DNA of 61,528 nucleotides, taken from the NCBI GenBank assembly GCA_039024555.1, contig JBCCQQ010000036.1:1-61528 (forward strand). The letters are read 5' to 3'. This document shows, piece after piece, positions 58,655-61,528 of this stretch. The stretch is from Cyanobacteria bacterium P01_D01_bin.156 (GTDB taxonomy: Bacteria > Cyanobacteriota > Cyanobacteriia > Phormidesmidales > Phormidesmidaceae). The translations under genes and the position numbers were made by a program. Each line of letters opens with the position of its first letter. Position 1 is the first letter of the stretch. The notes below the pieces were generated by a model, which made no database searches, had not been told where the DNA came from, and saw nothing but the letters and a program-made list of their open reading frames with translations.

Positions 58655-61249
58655 ATGTCACGGGATGCACTGATTGTTGGAATCAACCAATATCAATATT
58701 TATCACCATTGACAACAGCGGCTAAAGATGGGGAAGCCATGGCTAGCCAGCTAGAGACCCATGGCAACTTTCGCGTACGCAGACTACCTGAAGCAATCAA
58801 AAATCATCGTGCCGAGGTCGGTCAACAAACCCACGTATCGAGACAGCAGTTAGAAAGCAACTTAGTCAATCTCCTATTACCTAAGGGAGATCATGTTCCG
58901 GAAACGGCTTTCTTTTATTTTTCAGGCCATGGCTTACAGCGGGAAGTTGGTATTCGCGAGGGTTTCTTAGCGGCTAGTGACACTCAACCTGACACATTTA
59001 ATAATGGTCTCTCATTGTCCTGGCTGCGTCGTCTTATTCGCCACAGTCCCGTACGCCAAATTATTATTATTTTAGACTGCTGCCATAGTGGTGAGTTTTT
59101 GGCTCTCAAAGATGATGCATGGCAGGGCAACGAAGGCCAAAGCTATTTATTTATTGCGGCATCCCGTTCCTATGAGGAAGCCTATGAATCGCTTCAGGGA
59201 GACTACAGTGTCCTCACTCAGGCCATACTGTCTGGATTATCGCCACATCAATCCAATAGTGGGCGGGTCACTAGCACTGAGTTAGTAGCTAGCATCACCA
59301 ATCAGCTTAGCAATGAGATTCAGCAGCCCTTATTTGAGCAAGGGGGCACTGAGATTATCATTACCCAACACACAGAGATGCCCGTCATCCAGACAGACAA
59401 CATCTCTGTTATTTCACGACTGAAGCAATATAGCCTTAATTATTGTCCCTACCGAGGCTTTCAACCCTTTGAAAAGAAGCATGCTGACTACTATTTTGGC
59501 CGAGAGCCTGTTATTCAAGAATTACTTCAAAAGTTAAGACATAATCATGCTTGTGCTTTGATTGGCGCCTCAGGTAGTGGTAAAACCTCTCTCCTACGGG
59601 CAGGTATTATGTCCCGTTTAGCTGCAGGCAATGATATTCCAGAAAGTAGGGACTGGATCGTTCGCTACACATCACCCGCCAGTCAACCGCTTAAAAATCT
59701 AGCTGCAGCCTTTACAGTAACCGATCAGACTATTGCGATCGCTAATCAGCTATCCCAGGCAGAAGAGCTACTACGCAGTGAACCTAATGGTCTGATGCAC
59801 CTGGTTAATGCAGCCCTCCTACAGCAGCCTGGGGCAACTAAATTTTGGTTAATTATCGATCAGTTTGAAGATCTCCTCACACCAACAGGAGATCGCCACA
59901 TTCAACAAGAATGTCAGCAGGTCATCGAACTTTTAGTGAACGCCTTAGCCAACCCCGCCACATCCCTAGGCCTCATCATTGGTTTACGGGCAGATGCCAT
60001 AGATGGGCTGCTACCATACAAAACCTTGTTTTCATTAGTTGAAAGTTCTCAGGTTGTGCTCACGCCTATGAATTATCAAGAAATTCGAGATGTCATTGAA
60101 AAACCTGCTGAAAAATTAGGCCTCAAGCTAGACCCCCATTTAGTACATCACCTCACCCTTGACTTAACAGGGGCTCCCGGTGAGTTAGCTTTACTCCAAA
60201 GCGTTCTGCAAGACCTGTGGCGACAACGGACCTCCGTTTCTCTAAGTCAGGGAGCTCCATGTCTTTCTCTAAAGAGCTACATGAAACTGGGGCGTCTCTC
60301 CAAAATTTTGGTCGACCGGGCCACGGACTTATACGATTCTTTGCCTACGGATGAAAAAACTGTGGCCCAAAGAATCTTTTTAACCCTATGTGAATTAGGA
60401 GAAGGTCGACTTGATCAATCCCGACGCGCCCGTAAATGTGAACTCGTTAATCCTAATTTCCCAGAAGATATCATTGAGCGCGTTTTGAACAAATTAGTCA
60501 CCGCACGGCTGATCGTCACGAACAAAATGTTAGCCTCCCCCTCACCTGGAGAAAATGGTCGCACCATACCAACCGCAGCTTGGGAAACCCGCGCCTCTGA
60601 AACAGCAGAAGTCAAACGTTGGCTAGTCGCTAAATGGCCTGTGGCTCAAACAACATCTGATGAAACGATTGAACTGGCTCACAATTCCCTAATCTCCGAT
60701 TGGTCATTGCTGCGTCAATGGTTACAGGCAAATCGCTTTATGATTCGGCAGCGTCGGGATATCGAGGAACGGGCCTGGCTCTGGCACAGTCGTGGTGAAC
60801 CAAAATGTAGTGACTACCTACTAGGACATCTGTATCTAAAGAATAGCCATGGGTTTCTGAAAAGTCATTTATCAGACCTTTCAGAACTAGGCCAGAGATT
60901 TGTCTATGCGAGTCGACGCACCAATACATTCCAACTATGGAAAGCTCGTAGCGTCGCTGTATTACTACCTTTGGCCATGATTGCAGGAATGACGGTATCG
61001 TTAGCCCGTCATCCCCGTCAGTCTACTCCCAAGGAATCTCGTTCCTCTTTAGGAACTCTACTGCCAAACACCTGGGGCATTGATGGAGTAAAGCGATTGA
61101 CACTCACTTCTCAGATTTTGAATGTTCATCGCCAGGTTGAACTGAGTGAACTCTCCATTACTCAGTTAGCAGAACTCATGGCACTGGGAAGAATGGAATC
61201 TAAATCTTCCCAGTTTTCCGAACAACATCGCGACTCTAATGAACAATAG
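58655..61249 (+). CDS. Caspase-like (C14) protease fused to an nSTAND1-type NTPase
   Basis: ALIVGINQY, YFSGHG (H92) and ILDCCHSG; CPYRGFQPF..YFGRE; Walker A GASGSGKTS; Walker B IIDQFED; ELAHNSLI..W..LRQWL. Confidence 0.9.
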   Translation: MSRDALIVGINQYQYLSPLTTAAKDGEAMASQLETHGNFRVRRLPEAIKNHRAEVGQQTHVSRQQLESNLVNLLLPKGDHVPETAFFYFSGHGLQREVGIREGFLAASDTQPDTFNNGLSLSWLRRLIRHSPVRQIIIILDCCHSGEFLALKDDAWQGNEGQSYLFIAASRSYEEAYESLQGDYSVLTQAILSGLSPHQSNSGRVTSTELVASITNQLSNEIQQPLFEQGGTEIIITQHTEMPVIQTDNISVISRLKQYSLNYCPYRGFQPFEKKHADYYFGREPVIQELLQKLRHNHACALIGASGSGKTSLLRAGIMSRLAAGNDIPESRDWIVRYTSPASQPLKNLAAAFTVTDQTIAIANQLSQAEELLRSEPNGLMHLVNAALLQQPGATKFWLIIDQFEDLLTPTGDRHIQQECQQVIELLVNALANPATSLGLIIGLRADAIDGLLPYKTLFSLVESSQVVLTPMNYQEIRDVIEKPAEKLGLKLDPHLVHHLTLDLTGAPGELALLQSVLQDLWRQRTSVSLSQGAPCLSLKSYMKLGRLSKILVDRATDLYDSLPTDEKTVAQRIFLTLCELGEGRLDQSRRARKCELVNPNFPEDIIERVLNKLVTARLIVTNKMLASPSPGENGRTIPTAAWETRASETAEVKRWLVAKWPVAQTTSDETIELAHNSLISDWSLLRQWLQANRFMIRQRRDIEERAWLWHSRGEPKCSDYLLGHLYLKNSHGFLKSHLSDLSELGQRFVYASRRTNTFQLWKARSVAVLLPLAMIAGMTVSLARHPRQSTPKESRSSLGTLLPNTWGIDGVKRLTLTSQILNVHRQVELSELSITQLAELMALGRMESKSSQFSEQHRDSNEQ

Positions 61250-61528
61250 ATGACCATGTGAATCCTATTGACACTGCTCAAACCAGCTAATTAACCGGTC
61301 CTATGATCGACAAATGTAGGCAGTGATTGCTATAGAATCTATGATTGCGAGGCTCCAGGATTTGGAAACCTAAAATCAGCGAGCTATATAGCAATAGTCC
61401 GGACAGAAAAGCGAGAGAACTAGCCAGAAAAGCTATTCAGGCTCTAAGGTTTTGTTAACAGACAAACCCACCTGAATAGCTATGATTTGCATGATACCGG
61501 GTCTACTCCAAAAAGTGGGCCATTTAGC

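Larger units (their letters stand above)
4599..59742. repeat. Dispersed HIP1 octamer GCGATCGC (about 24 copies counted by eye)
   Basis: Starts at 4599, 5616, 9434, 13575, 14847, 16294, 17868, 18341, 21417, 24317, 29433, 29793, 33726, 33793, 35625, 37131, 40198, 42983, 44995, 47691, 50150, 54909, 57054 and 59735. Confidence 0.9.

Noticed and set aside
1313..60929. Many 60-170 aa ORFs nested in or antisense to recognised genes (e.g. 40737-41240, 10244-10612, 46092-46418)
   Set aside because: Shadow frames of real genes with no independent evidence.
61397..61408. GTCCGGACAGAA, identical to the promoter part of sRNA copy 2
   Set aside because: A 12-nt match to a ~110-nt query is near chance in this window, and no sRNA body follows.

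Overview
Cyanobacterial chromosomal window: photosynthesis genes apcF, petG, psbU, ycf54 and cytM, and about 24 HIP1 GCGATCGC sites counted by eye. Core genes are roughly 48-50% GC by eye, which suggests a non-Nostocalean, Leptolyngbya-like strain; this is inference only. Most of the window is core genome: wza/wzc-like export pair, ycf54, PAP2-crtE-folD, carotenoid oxygenase, coaX, manC, LCP, gifA-glnA-apcF, ddl, TolC, uppP, FHA-adenylate cyclase, nadB, a bicA-nhaS3-mrp Na+/bicarbonate operon and an SbcC-like ATPase. Items the ORF track misses or does not explain: (1) a two-copy 215-bp-period repeat at about 24997-25322 that looks like a tandem of NsiR1-type sRNAs, each with a DIF1 (TCCGGA) promoter motif and a covarying terminator; (2) a DUF4157 (eCIS-associated) protein with an AT-rich, apparently swapped C-terminus, followed by a YbjN-domain partner; (3) a caspase-STAND NTPase fusion with no repeat sensor; (4) long perfect palindromes centred on HIP1, one of them 36 bp inside a CDS; (5) opposite-acting NtcA boxes on co-directional glnA and gifA; (6) petG. 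All family calls come from motif recognition, not database searches.
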